Part shown: positions 49,947-60,936 of the stretch, piece after piece
Position numbering within the stretch: position 1 is the first letter of the stretch
How the letters are laid out: each line of letters begins with the position of its first letter
DNA from: Nanobdellota archaeon
GTDB taxonomy: Archaea; Nanobdellota; Nanobdellia; Pacearchaeales; GW2011-AR1
Length of the DNA stretch: 64,000 bases
Assembly: GCA_038046005.1 (NCBI GenBank)
Contig: JBBSXB010000007.1
Coordinates: 586 to 64,585 of the forward strand
Direction of reading: 5' to 3'
Made by a program: the position numbers and the translations under genes
Notes under the pieces: model-generated
Databases searched by the model: none
Told to the model about the DNA's origin: nothing
The model's input: only the letters and a program-made list of their open reading frames with translations

Positions 49947-50056
49947 GTTTGAATTTGTAACCCCACCACCATCTCCCCGACCGCCCACCCCAACGTTCGG
50001 AAAATATCATAGTGAATCGAATGTTATCAAAAGAAAAAGAGGGTTTTTAAGGGTTT

Positions 50057-51067
50057 TTATTCAACCCTTTCCAGTCCAGACATGCCTTTGATTGCTTCAA
50101 TAAATGTTGTTAGTTTTTTTGGGGTTTCTCCAAAGGACATAATTGTGTATTGCATTCCCGCATCTGAAGCTTTTTTGTAGGCTTTTAAGATGTCTGCTTC
50201 CCCAATCCTTTTTTTATTGAATGCTATGAGCAAACTTTCTTTTTTTCCTTCCCTTACTCTTAACATCAGCTCTGTGTTGTTGAAACTTTCAATATCAATT
50301 ATCTCTATATTTTTTGATGTTAAAACTTCTTTTACTTTGTTGAAGAATGTGTCGTTCCCTTTTTTCTGTAGTTTTTTTACAGGTTTCTTAATTTTTTTCT
50401 GTTTTTCTTTTTGGGGTTTTTGTTGCTTATGTTTTACTTCTTCCCCGCCACCCGCCCCAACTCTTGGCGCTTCTTCTTTTAACTCACTTTCTTCTTCATC
50501 TTCTGTTTCTTTGTCTTCATCATATTCAACTTCTTTTGCAATTTCAATCACTTTTACTGGAATCTCGATTGGTTTTTCTTCTTTAATATCTAGTATTTCT
50601 GGTTTTTTTATTTCTACAATCTGCTTGGGGGTTTCAATCTTGTCCATTGAAAAATCTCCTTCTGGGGTTGTAAAATATCTCCAGTATATCTCATTGTCTC
50701 TTTGGAAAGGAACCGCAAAATCTTTTATTTCTCTTAGCGCAACTCTTATTGCTGGATGCAACACAGAATCTTTTAGAAATTTTTTTTCTTTCAAAAGCAA
50801 ATAGGCGTCTTTTTCTTTGCTTTTTAGATGTTCGGAGAACCTTTCTAGTTGTGGTGCGTGTTCTGGGAGAAAGTAAACTGGCGAGCTTCCGACTTTGATA
50901 TTGCTTATTTTCACTTTTTTGTCTGCAGCTAATTCGGACAAAAATGCTGCTGAGAAAAGAATGCTTAATCCTGTTTCCCTTGCTACATGAACAGGCAAAG
51001 CAGGGCCTCTTCGGTTTAGTAACATAAGAATTTTCTCTTTTAGCTGCATGGCATTTTGTGCTGGCAT
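50057..51067 (-). CDS. winged-helix domain protein with an acidic/lysine-rich linker and a conserved-looking C-terminal domain, function unknown
   Basis: The N-terminal ILMLLNRRGPALPVHVARETGLS...VGSSPVYFLP looks like a winged helix. It is followed by an E/K-rich linker and a ~100-aa C-terminal alpha/beta segment. It lies downstream of endA on the same strand. Confidence 0.55.
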   Translation of the reverse strand: MPAQNAMQLKEKILMLLNRRGPALPVHVARETGLSILFSAAFLSELAADKKVKISNIKVGSSPVYFLPEHAPQLERFSEHLKSKEKDAYLLLKEKKFLKDSVLHPAIRVALREIKDFAVPFQRDNEIYWRYFTTPEGDFSMDKIETPKQIVEIKKPEILDIKEEKPIEIPVKVIEIAKEVEYDEDKETEDEEESELKEEAPRVGAGGGEEVKHKQQKPQKEKQKKIKKPVKKLQKKGNDTFFNKVKEVLTSKNIEIIDIESFNNTELMLRVREGKKESLLIAFNKKRIGEADILKAYKKASDAGMQYTIMSFGETPKKLTTFIEAIKGMSGLERVE

Positions 51068-51099
51068 ATAAAATCAACAAGGAGGTAGTATAAATATTT

Positions 51100-51618
51100 T
51101 TATGGCCTAACCCAACTAACTTCGTAATATGAAACATCACCTTCTTCATCGATAATGGCTAAAAGAAGCTTCTTTTTTGTTGAATGTGCTACTCTGTTTT
51201 TTGCTGAGAACTCGTTCCAGTTTAGTTTCTTAGCTTCATGGTCAACAAATACAATCCATTTGGCATGTTCATTGCCTGGCTTTTTGCCTTTTTCATAGAC
51301 TCTGAAATCTGCTCCAAACTTCAATGCTGTTTTAACAATATACCCCTTTTCTCTTAGGTCTTTGAAAACACAATATTTTAGATTGATTCTTTTGTCAATA
51401 GACTGGAGTTTTTTTAATAGTTCTTTTTGAGATAAAGGTTTTTTCCCTTGTATTATTTCCAATTTTCCCTTTTCAACTAAATATAATGCTTCTGAAAGAG
51501 CATATTGTATTTTATCTCCTAAAGGCTCTCCAAAATGGCTTTTTTTGTGCAAAGAATGGGCTTCAGAAGCGTTGCTAGAAATCATTCCTCCTGAAATATG
51601 TGCTTGGATTTTTTCCAT
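51100..51618 (-). CDS. endA: tRNA-splicing endonuclease (homotetramer-size EndA)
   Basis: LSEALYLVEKGKLEI and VFKDLREKGYIVKTALKFGADFRVYEKG...HAKWIV (catalytic Y/H/K region). 172 aa. Confidence 0.85.
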   Translation of the reverse strand: MEKIQAHISGGMISSNASEAHSLHKKSHFGEPLGDKIQYALSEALYLVEKGKLEIIQGKKPLSQKELLKKLQSIDKRINLKYCVFKDLREKGYIVKTALKFGADFRVYEKGKKPGNEHAKWIVFVDHEAKKLNWNEFSAKNRVAHSTKKKLLLAIIDEEGDVSYYEVSWVRP

Positions 51619-51695
51619 AATTAACAGAACACAGATTGATATTTAAAATCTTCTAAAACCCTCAAATTTTTAAACAGATTTTATCTTAATATTAG

Positions 51696-52448
51696 ATGGC
51701 TTTAAACATATATGAAATGGACCCTAAAGTTTATGACGAATACATAAACACAAAAATTGAACAAATTAATTTTGATAGAGTTTTTTCAGTCATCAGAAAT
51801 TTCTCTAAAAACAAAAATAAGATAAAAATTTTGGATTTGTGTTGTGGAACTGGTATTTTTCCATTTAAATGGTTGTCTCAATTAGATAATGTGGAATATA
51901 CAGGTGTTGATATTAATAAAAGATTTATCGAATATGCTAAAAAAAGATTAAATAAAAATAAATCTTATTCTTTTATTGTTAAAGATGCTGTAGAAGTAAA
52001 ATTAAAAGATAAATTTGATATTGTTTTGGCTACTTCTTCTTACCATCATATTGTAGATAAAGATAAACAAAAATTCTTACAAAATGTAAATTATCATCTT
52101 GACGCAGATGGACTTTTTATAGTTTATGAAAAAATTCTTGCTCCATTCAATAATAAAATTCAGGCTGTTCAAAGCGGGACTATATTTTATCTTGAAAGAA
52201 TTAAAGATATGCTGGGAAAAGAAAAATTAAATGAAAATCAATTGTTTGCCTTGTTTAATGAACAATATTTAACTTCTATACGGAAAGGGGAATATAAAGT
52301 TGATTATGCTTATTTTGTTAATGATATAAAGCTGGCAGGCTTTAAACTTGTAAAAGCAATAAAACTATGGCCTAAAAAGAATATTTTCAATAATCTTCAT
52401 GTGGGAGATTTCATATTTATAATCAAAAAAATTAATATTGATAAATAA
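51696..52448 (+). CDS. class I SAM-dependent methyltransferase
   Basis: Motif I ILDLCCGTGIF, and an acidic residue at the end of beta-2 (TGVDIN). Confidence 0.75.
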   Translation: MALNIYEMDPKVYDEYINTKIEQINFDRVFSVIRNFSKNKNKIKILDLCCGTGIFPFKWLSQLDNVEYTGVDINKRFIEYAKKRLNKNKSYSFIVKDAVEVKLKDKFDIVLATSSYHHIVDKDKQKFLQNVNYHLDADGLFIVYEKILAPFNNKIQAVQSGTIFYLERIKDMLGKEKLNENQLFALFNEQYLTSIRKGEYKVDYAYFVNDIKLAGFKLVKAIKLWPKKNIFNNLHVGDFIFIIKKINIDK

Positions 52449-55161
52449 TATGGAATACAATTTCAAAAATATAGAGAGTAAATGGCAGAAGAAGTGGGAA
52501 GAGAAAAAAGTTTTTGAGCCAGAGGTTGACAGAAAAAAGCAAAAGTTCTTTTTCACAACACCTTATCCTTATATTTCTGGGAGCCTCCATTTGGGGCATG
52601 GAAGAGCTGTGACTGAAAGTGATATTTATTCAAGATACATGAGAATGAAAGGATTTAATGTTCTTTATCCGATGTCTTTCCACATAACTGGAACTCCTGT
52701 TTTGGGAATTGCTGCTGCGATAAAAAATAAAGACAAAGAAAAAATAAAACTTTACGAGGACTATGTTTCCGCTTATGTTAAGGACAAGAAAAAAGTAAAG
52801 AGTACTGTGCAATCTTTTTCTGATCCTAATAATATTGTGAAATTTTTTATTCCTAAGATGATTGAGGAGTACAAACAATTAGGTTTGGGTGTTGATTGGA
52901 GAAGGAGCTTTACTTCTGGAGATGCTGAACATCAGGCAATGGTAACCTGGCAGTTTCGCAAATACAAAGAAAATGGCTATTTGACAAAAGAAAAACATCC
53001 TGTGCTTTATTCTATTCAAGATGAGAGCGCAATGGGGGAGGATGACATTCAAGATGCTGACTCTTCTCCTGTTGAAAAAATGGAATTTACTTTGTTAAAG
53101 TTCAAGTTTAAAGACAAGTTTTTGGTTGCTGCAACTCTAAGGCCAGAGACAATTTATGGGCAGACAAATTTGTGGATTAATCCTAAAATTGTTTATTGGG
53201 AAATTAAAATTGACGATGAGACATGGATTGTAAGTGAACAGTGCGTTGAAAAATTAAAATATCAGGGAAGAAATATAAAAATCATTGGGAAAACAAAAGA
53301 ACATCTACTTGGAAAAAAAGTTTCAGCGTCAATGATAAATAGAGAATTAATTATTCTACCTTCTGGTTTTGTTGATCCTGATGTTGGGACGGGAATTGTT
53401 ACCTCTGTTCCTAGTGATGCACCTTATGATTATGTTGCTTTAAGAGAGATTCAAGATAATAAGGAATTAGAAAAAAGTTATGGTTTTGATTTTGAACAGA
53501 TTGAAGAAATAGAAGAAATTGATATTATTCCAATAATCAAAACAAAAAAATATGGCGATAAGGCAGGAGTTAAAGTTGTTGAGGATGCAGGAATTGTTTT
53601 ACAAAATGATAAAAGACTTGAAGCGTTAACTCAACAGGTTTACAAAGAAGGATTTCACAATGGAATTATGAATGAAAACTGCGGAAAGTATTCTGGAATG
53701 GGTGTTAAAGAAGCCAAAGAGAAAGTAAAAGAAGATTTGATAAAGAGGAAAGTTGCTGACAAAATGTATGAGACTTCAAGAAAGGCTGTTTCGAGGAGTG
53801 GCGGGAAAATTATCGTTGCTGTTTTGGATAATCAGTGGTTTATTGATTTTAATGTGCAGGGCTGGAAAAAAAGGGCTTATGATTGTTTAAACAAAATGGA
53901 AATTGTCCCTGAAAACATGAAGAAACAGTTTGAAGATACTTTTGAGTGGCTGGATAAAAGACCTTGCGCCAGGAGAAGAGGTCTTGGAACAGAATTCCCT
54001 TATGACAAAGGATGGATAATTGAATCTTTGTCTGATTCAACAATTTACATGACTCTTTACACGATTAATCACATAATAAGAAAGAACAAAATTAAAAAAG
54101 AAAGTTTAACAAGTGATTTTTTTGATTTTGTATTTTTGGGAGACAGGAAAATTGGTGAGGTTGCTAAGAAAATAAAAGTAAAAGAAAAAGTTTTGGAACA
54201 ATTAAGAGAAAGCTTTGAATATTGGATGCCTGTTGATCAAAGGCACACTTTCTTATTGCATCTTTCAAATCATTTATCATTTATGATTTTTGCATTTGCA
54301 GGACTTTTTCCTGAAAAATATTGGCCAAAAAAAATTAGCTTTCACGGATTAGTTGTTAGTGAAGGATCGAAGATGTCAAAGAGTAAAGGGAATGTGATAA
54401 CTCTGCTTCACATTAAGGAAAATTATGGCGCTGATGTCTTTAGGTTTTATCTTACAAATTCAACCAATGTTGATAGTGTTTTTGATTGGCGGCAATCTGA
54501 AGCTTCGAATGCAAAATCAAGTATAGAAAAAATTTACTATGAAATGCTTGAGATTATAAAAAAGAGGAAGAAAGGGAAAACAAGGCCAGTTTTTGAGTCT
54601 AAGTTTAACAGCATCATAAAAAATGCGACGGAGAAGATTGAGAAAATGAAGTTTAGGGAATATAATTCTTTAGTTGTTTTTGATATGTTCAGGCTTGTTA
54701 AAGATGCTAAAATGATTTTGAAAGATGATGAACTAAAAGCTTTTTATGATTTAATAATTGATAAATGGGTTAAATTAATCTCTCCTGTTTGCCCCCATGT
54801 TTCTGAAGAAATTTGGAGTAAGCTTGGAAATAAGGGGTTTGCATCTTTGGCTGAATGGCCTAAGGCTGATGAATCTAAGATTGACAAAAAACTTGAAGAA
54901 TCAGAAAAAGCAATTGGAAAATTCATTGATGATGTCAACAATATTGCAAAGATTGTAAAAGAACGCGGAGAAAATGTGAGAAAAGCTTTTGTTTATGTTA
55001 TCCCAAATGAAAGAGATATGTATGTTGAGAATTTGCCTTTGATTGAAAGAAAAACAAATTTGATTGTGAAGATTTTTTCAGTTAATGACAGGAACATGCA
55101 TGATCCTCAGGGCAAAGCTAAGAAAGCTAAGCCTGGAAAACCTGGAATATATTTGGAGTGA
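52438..55161 (+). CDS. leuS: leucyl-tRNA synthetase (archaeal type)
   Basis: HIGH-type HLGHGR, KMSKS, a CP1 editing insertion, and 907 aa length. Confidence 0.95.
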   Translation: MINNMEYNFKNIESKWQKKWEEKKVFEPEVDRKKQKFFFTTPYPYISGSLHLGHGRAVTESDIYSRYMRMKGFNVLYPMSFHITGTPVLGIAAAIKNKDKEKIKLYEDYVSAYVKDKKKVKSTVQSFSDPNNIVKFFIPKMIEEYKQLGLGVDWRRSFTSGDAEHQAMVTWQFRKYKENGYLTKEKHPVLYSIQDESAMGEDDIQDADSSPVEKMEFTLLKFKFKDKFLVAATLRPETIYGQTNLWINPKIVYWEIKIDDETWIVSEQCVEKLKYQGRNIKIIGKTKEHLLGKKVSASMINRELIILPSGFVDPDVGTGIVTSVPSDAPYDYVALREIQDNKELEKSYGFDFEQIEEIEEIDIIPIIKTKKYGDKAGVKVVEDAGIVLQNDKRLEALTQQVYKEGFHNGIMNENCGKYSGMGVKEAKEKVKEDLIKRKVADKMYETSRKAVSRSGGKIIVAVLDNQWFIDFNVQGWKKRAYDCLNKMEIVPENMKKQFEDTFEWLDKRPCARRRGLGTEFPYDKGWIIESLSDSTIYMTLYTINHIIRKNKIKKESLTSDFFDFVFLGDRKIGEVAKKIKVKEKVLEQLRESFEYWMPVDQRHTFLLHLSNHLSFMIFAFAGLFPEKYWPKKISFHGLVVSEGSKMSKSKGNVITLLHIKENYGADVFRFYLTNSTNVDSVFDWRQSEASNAKSSIEKIYYEMLEIIKKRKKGKTRPVFESKFNSIIKNATEKIEKMKFREYNSLVVFDMFRLVKDAKMILKDDELKAFYDLIIDKWVKLISPVCPHVSEEIWSKLGNKGFASLAEWPKADESKIDKKLEESEKAIGKFIDDVNNIAKIVKERGENVRKAFVYVIPNERDMYVENLPLIERKTNLIVKIFSVNDRNMHDPQGKAKKAKPGKPGIYLE

Positions 55162-55190
55162 AGATATTCTTAAAACTGAAAGATTGTAAA

Positions 55191-55610
55191 TTAATTTTCG
55201 TTATCTAAATACTTTTTTTGTAGGAAAACAATAATTTTATTAATTTCTTTAATATTTTCCTCTACCTCTTCCGCAGAAATATTTTTTCCATAATAATTTA
55301 TGCTGTTTTTTATTCTCCTAAATCTCTCAAATTTTTCAGAAATAACAGGCTCACTGAGCTTCTTAAGAAAATATGTAAAAGCTTCGTGAGAGTATATTTT
55401 ATAGCCATGTTTAGAGGCTATTGCTTCAAGAATACTTCTCAAAACATCATAATAGTTACTCATGGTTTTCCTTGCGGAATTTTCATTAATTGAAATATTT
55501 TTAAGAAAAGACAAATCTGTTTTAGATGTAAGAACAAGAGATTTAATTAAAGCTTTGTCTGGAGAAGCTTTCTTTACCTGACCATTCTTTATAAAATCGT
55601 CAAAATTCAT
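55191..55610 (-). CDS. HEPN domain protein (toxin partner of MNT)
   Basis: All-helical 139 aa with ...FERFRRIKNSINYYG... (HEPN R-x-x-x-N-x-x-Y region). It overlaps the upstream MNT gene by 4 nt. Confidence 0.65.
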   Translation of the reverse strand: MNFDDFIKNGQVKKASPDKALIKSLVLTSKTDLSFLKNISINENSARKTMSNYYDVLRSILEAIASKHGYKIYSHEAFTYFLKKLSEPVISEKFERFRRIKNSINYYGKNISAEEVEENIKEINKIIVFLQKKYLDNEN

Positions 55611-56149
55611 TTAAGAACCTCCCAATATCCTTCTAAGACAATTCCATTTATAAAATTATTTAATAATTCTTTGCTTGAAGATTTCATTTTTTCTATTTCT
55701 TGGTTTGAATGGATAAAAAGTTGTATTTCATGATCTAATTTTTTTTCAAATCTCTCTAAGTTGAGTATTTTTTTCAAAGAAGAGATGATTAAAATGTCAA
55801 TATCACTAGAATAAATATTCTCTCCTTTGCTAAATGACCCGAATAGAATTATTGCTTGCGGATGGTTTAAAAACTCATTAAGATAATCTATCAAGCCGGA
55901 CCTTCTTATTTTTTCTATGTTGTAATGAATTTTTCTCTGTTTAAACAGCTTATTTTCAGTATTGGCTCTAAAAAGAAGATGATTATATTTTCTAATATGC
56001 AAAAGAAGACCCTCTTTCTCGAGACTTTTAAGATTTTTAGATATTGTTGTTGGAGATTTTTTAAGAAGCCTTGCTAGTTCCCTTACATAATATTCTTTTT
56101 CTGGGTTTTCATAAAAATAAGCTAATATTTCGTCCATTTTATAATACAT
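55607..56149 (-). CDS. winged-helix plus minimal nucleotidyltransferase (MNT) protein
   Basis: N-terminal HTH (YVRELARLLKKSPTTISKNLKSLEKEGLL) and the NTase motif GSFSKGENIYSSDIDILI. Confidence 0.75.
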   Translation of the reverse strand: MYYKMDEILAYFYENPEKEYYVRELARLLKKSPTTISKNLKSLEKEGLLLHIRKYNHLLFRANTENKLFKQRKIHYNIEKIRRSGLIDYLNEFLNHPQAIILFGSFSKGENIYSSDIDILIISSLKKILNLERFEKKLDHEIQLFIHSNQEIEKMKSSSKELLNNFINGIVLEGYWEVLK

Positions 56150-56292
56150 ATGTCTAATTAAATGAACAATTGTCCATTTATAAGGTTTTCTGGTGATTGA
56201 GTTTGAAATTAACTTGAAGTGAATTTTGATCGAAAGATTTATAAGTTATACTTCTGTATAACTTATGTATAACTAAACAATATTAAATAAAA

Positions 56293-56508
56293 ATGGCAAC
56301 AGAAGTTATTGTAAAGAAATGGGGAAATTCCATGGGAATTATTCTTCCTAAAGAATTAGTTGAAAAAGAGCAATTAAGGGAGAACAAAAAGATATTCATA
56401 GACATTATCAAAGAGGCAGATTTTTCAGATATTTTTGGCCTTGTAAAGAATAGAAAAATGTCGGGCCAGAAGATGAAAGATATTTCAAGAAAAGAATGGG
56501 AGAATTAA
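56293..56508 (+). CDS. AbrB/SpoVT-family antitoxin (VapB/MazE-like)
   Basis: VIVKKWGNSMGIILPKELV is the swapped-hairpin AbrB motif. It overlaps the PIN gene. Confidence 0.7.
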   Translation: MATEVIVKKWGNSMGIILPKELVEKEQLRENKKIFIDIIKEADFSDIFGLVKNRKMSGQKMKDISRKEWEN

Positions 56509-56870
56509 AAAAATTCTTTTTTGACACATATGCATTATTTGAAATAATACATGAAAATAAGAATTATATTCCTTATTTAAAAGTAGGAGTCATGACTACA
56601 AAGCTAAATCTGATGGAGCTTCACTATAGATTATTATCTTTATACGGCAAAGAAATAGCAGATACAGCATTCAAGAGGTTTCTTCCTTTTTCTGTTGAAT
56701 TTTTGGATGATGACATAAAAGAGGCAAACCAATTCAAACTTATTAACAAAAAGAAGAAATTATCTTATGTTGATTGTTTGGGCTATATTATTTCTAGAAA
56801 AAGAAATGTGAAATTTTTGACAGGAGACATTCAATTCAAAGATGTTGAAAATGTGGAGTTTGTCAAGTAA
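56496..56870 (+). CDS. vapC: PIN domain ribonuclease toxin (VapC-like)
   Basis: Acidic quartet candidates FFFDTYAL, LMELHY, SYVDCLGY and LTGDIQF. 124 aa. Confidence 0.65.
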   Translation: MGELKKFFFDTYALFEIIHENKNYIPYLKVGVMTTKLNLMELHYRLLSLYGKEIADTAFKRFLPFSVEFLDDDIKEANQFKLINKKKKLSYVDCLGYIISRKRNVKFLTGDIQFKDVENVEFVK

Positions 56871-56903
56871 AAACTAAACATTTTTATATTGATTTGATTT
56901 ATC

Positions 56904-59162
56904 TTGTTTATGAAGAAAAGAGGTTTGATTTTTAACAAAACATTAGTTCTTGCGCTGTCGTTGATATTGGTTTTTGAGATTATTGCTTTGGGTTTTGATT
57001 ATAATTTTGAAAGCACAGGAAATCTTGTGAAGAAGATTGTTGGGACAGATACGTCTGGTGTGAAGACAGCGACAACACAAATTACGACGCCGAAAGTTAA
57101 TACGCCGACGCAACCTAATATTCCCCCAGAAACTACAACACAAATAAAATCAGATGATGACATCATTTCTGGAGAATTTATTGTAAAATTCAAGTCTTCT
57201 TCTAGCTTTAAAAAGAATATTGCTTCTGCAACGGCAACAGGTTTAAGCTCTATTGATTCTCTTAACAAAAAGAATGGTGTTCAAAAAATTGAAAAGCTGG
57301 TTGCAAATGTAAAAGGCATAGACAAAGTTGGCTTAAACAGAATCCATAAATTTTATGTAGATGAAAAAACAGATTTGAAGTCTCTTATATTAAATTACCA
57401 GCTAGATCCAAATGTGGAATATGCTGAACCTGTTTACAAACCAATACCATTATCAGAGCCAAATGACCCTTACTATTCTTCTTACGGAAGCTGGAACCAG
57501 AGTTATTCAGATCAATGGTGGATTCATCTTATTAATGCAAATTATGGCTGGATTTATTCCAATGGATCTGGAGTGATCGTAGGTGATATGAGTTATGACC
57601 CAACCTTTGATATGACTCACTTAGAATTAGTTGGAAAATCTTTAATTAATTTAGATGAAATTCCCAATAATAAAATTGATGACGATAATGACGGCCAAAC
57701 TGATAACGTTTATTACAGATGTGGAAATAATCCTTGCAATATAAATTCGGGATTACCACACGAAACAGCTGGAGTGGGGCTTATAACTGCAAATACAAAT
57801 AATATTGAAGGTATAGCCAGCATAGCATTTGGTTCTAAAGTAATTAGTGATGATCATTTTAGTTTTGGCTTTAGCGAAGGAGCAAAAATATGGTATCACA
57901 GTTGGACTGGGAGAAGTAATTATAATGAAGACGAGCTACAATATGTCTATGATAATGGAGGTTTAACTTTTGTGGCAGCAGGGAATTTAAATGCCTACAC
58001 TACATTATTAGGGACTTTACCTACAACTATTAATGTTGGAAGTGTTGATCCTCAAGATAGCAGGTATTGGAGTTCTGGCTGGGGAGATACATTAGACGTT
58101 GTTGCGCCTGGAGCAGATATTTTAACTATTGGAACATTGAAAGGATATCCAATCAATGGGCAGTATACAAGAGTTACTGGGACGTCTTTTGCAGCCCCAA
58201 TAACTGCAGGACTTGGAGCATTGCTTTTATCATATAAACCTAGTCTTACACCAGGACAATTAAGGTATATAATTTTAAATTCTGTTGTTGATAAAGGAGA
58301 CCCAGGATGGGATCCTTATTATGGATATGGAAGGATAGATGTGAAAAAAGCATTTGAGATTGCTACTTCAAATAAAACAATTCCGAGTTGGGATTTTGAG
58401 TCTAAAATAGTTGATCCAAGATGGAACAAAGTCTTTAATATAAACAGCGGAGAGATAATTATCAAAGGGACAGCAAATAGTCTTAATTTTAAAAATTATT
58501 CTCTGGAAATATGTAGGCACACCTCTTATGGTAGAAATTTTTATACTCAAGATTTTAAGTTAGTTAACTGTACTAAAATGTTTAGTTCAAATAAATCAGT
58601 AATTAATAATATTTTAGGAAAAATCAGTATAGAGGGAGTAATCAAAGAAGGAGATTTTAAATACAGAGATGAGACAATTTATTTATTCTTATTATTAAAA
58701 ATAAATGATAATAAAATTCCTTATTATAAACCATACATCACAAGTTTTGGTATTTATCGCCCCGCCATTAATTGTGGTGATTTGGATAATGATCCCCTCC
58801 ATATTGACTTCGGAGATTTTAGTTATTTAAATGATATTGTCAATTTAAATTATACAAAGCCTTTAAATTGGAGAAACGGAGACATGAATGGAGATGGAAA
58901 ATTAGACAGTGTTGATGTAAAAATCATGAGTGATTATATGTTTTCAATAACCAATGTGAAACCAACATGCCAGCCAAATATGTATTGTGGTACAACTCCA
59001 AAAGACCAATGTGTTAATTACAAAGTTTGTGATGGAGTTAATTTTGTTTCAGATTGTTTAACCTGTGGTTGTGATCCAGGCTCTTCATGCCAAAAGGTTG
59101 CAGGATATTTCAAATGTGTTGCACCATCAACCGCAGATAGAAATGTAAATCCTGAGGGGTAA
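56904..59162 (+). CDS. secreted subtilisin-like (S8) serine protease with a C-terminal dockerin/EF-hand-like and Cys-rich region
   Basis: Signal anchor. Asp region VIVGDMSYD..THLEL, His region LPHETAGVGLI, oxyanion FVAAGN, and Ser in GTSFAAPITAG. The C-terminus has GDMNGDGKLDSVDVKIM plus a Cys-rich tail. Confidence 0.8.
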   Translation: MFMKKRGLIFNKTLVLALSLILVFEIIALGFDYNFESTGNLVKKIVGTDTSGVKTATTQITTPKVNTPTQPNIPPETTTQIKSDDDIISGEFIVKFKSSSSFKKNIASATATGLSSIDSLNKKNGVQKIEKLVANVKGIDKVGLNRIHKFYVDEKTDLKSLILNYQLDPNVEYAEPVYKPIPLSEPNDPYYSSYGSWNQSYSDQWWIHLINANYGWIYSNGSGVIVGDMSYDPTFDMTHLELVGKSLINLDEIPNNKIDDDNDGQTDNVYYRCGNNPCNINSGLPHETAGVGLITANTNNIEGIASIAFGSKVISDDHFSFGFSEGAKIWYHSWTGRSNYNEDELQYVYDNGGLTFVAAGNLNAYTTLLGTLPTTINVGSVDPQDSRYWSSGWGDTLDVVAPGADILTIGTLKGYPINGQYTRVTGTSFAAPITAGLGALLLSYKPSLTPGQLRYIILNSVVDKGDPGWDPYYGYGRIDVKKAFEIATSNKTIPSWDFESKIVDPRWNKVFNINSGEIIIKGTANSLNFKNYSLEICRHTSYGRNFYTQDFKLVNCTKMFSSNKSVINNILGKISIEGVIKEGDFKYRDETIYLFLLLKINDNKIPYYKPYITSFGIYRPAINCGDLDNDPLHIDFGDFSYLNDIVNLNYTKPLNWRNGDMNGDGKLDSVDVKIMSDYMFSITNVKPTCQPNMYCGTTPKDQCVNYKVCDGVNFVSDCLTCGCDPGSSCQKVAGYFKCVAPSTADRNVNPEG

Positions 59163-59212
59163 TTCTTTAAAAACCGAAAAGCTTAAATAAGTGAGCTCAC
59201 TTATTCTTACAA

Positions 59213-59449
59213 GTGAAAAACATGACAAATATAACCCTTTCAATTGATGATGAAGTCTACAAAAAGATGAAAACGTATTCTGAAATAAAGTGGAGTGAGT
59301 TTGTCAGAAAGATGATAAAAAAAAGGATTGATGAGCTAGAAAAACTAAAAAATTTTGATTTTGACAGTACTCCTTTCTTAGGCGATGAAAAGCTTCTTGC
59401 AGAAGATTGGCTGAGCGAAGAGGATAATAAAGCATGGAACAATTTGTAA
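59213..59449 (+). CDS. putative RHH-type antitoxin
   Basis: NITLSIDDEVYKKMKTYS...FVRKMIKKRIDE is a beta-strand plus two helices. It overlaps the downstream MazF-like gene by 16 nt. Confidence 0.5.
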   Translation: MKNMTNITLSIDDEVYKKMKTYSEIKWSEFVRKMIKKRIDELEKLKNFDFDSTPFLGDEKLLAEDWLSEEDNKAWNNL

Positions 59450-59772
59450 AAGGAGAAGTTATCGTAACTCCTTTTCCTTTTTCAGATCTGACTACGTCTA
59501 TAAGAAGACCGGCTCTCATTGTTGCAAATTTAAAGGGAGATGATGTGATGTTATGCCAAATCACAACGAAAAAAAGACAAGACCCTTATGTAATAGACTT
59601 AAGTAAAGAAGATTTTAAATCAGGAAGCATAAAAATTGCGAGTTTTATAAAACCATCGAAGATTTTTACTTTGCGTAAAAAAATTATTCTTTACAAGATA
59701 GGAAAATTAACCGAAAATAAAATTAAAGAAGTTGAGAATAAAATTTTTGAAATAATAAAGAATTCTCAATGA
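59434..59772 (+). CDS. MazF/PemK-family toxin
   Basis: GEVIVTPFPFSDLTTSIRRPALIV...MLCQITTK is the characteristic PemK/MazF N-terminal SH3-like pattern. Confidence 0.75.
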   Translation: MEQFVKGEVIVTPFPFSDLTTSIRRPALIVANLKGDDVMLCQITTKKRQDPYVIDLSKEDFKSGSIKIASFIKPSKIFTLRKKIILYKIGKLTENKIKEVENKIFEIIKNSQ

Positions 59773-59831
59773 TAAATTTTTTTAGAAACATTTATTAAAT
59801 AATATTGCCATTTATTAACATAAAAAGGTGA

Positions 59832-60815
<984 letters not shown>

Positions 60816-60936
60816 GGCTCATACATTCTGTTATGTAGCATAAAGATTGCTGAGGTAATCTTTATAAGGAAATTATTATAAAGTTGGAAATTATAAAAAT
60901 CTTTTTTTCAAAATGTTTAAATACTATGTAACATAA

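Noticed and set aside
50190-51149. 204-aa plus-strand and 152-aa minus-strand alternative-frame ORFs overlapping the 336-aa gene and the end of endA.
   Set aside because: These are low-complexity S/F- or K/R-rich translations of the E/K-rich linker region. The 336-aa frame has a coherent winged-helix N-terminus and a folded-looking C-terminus.
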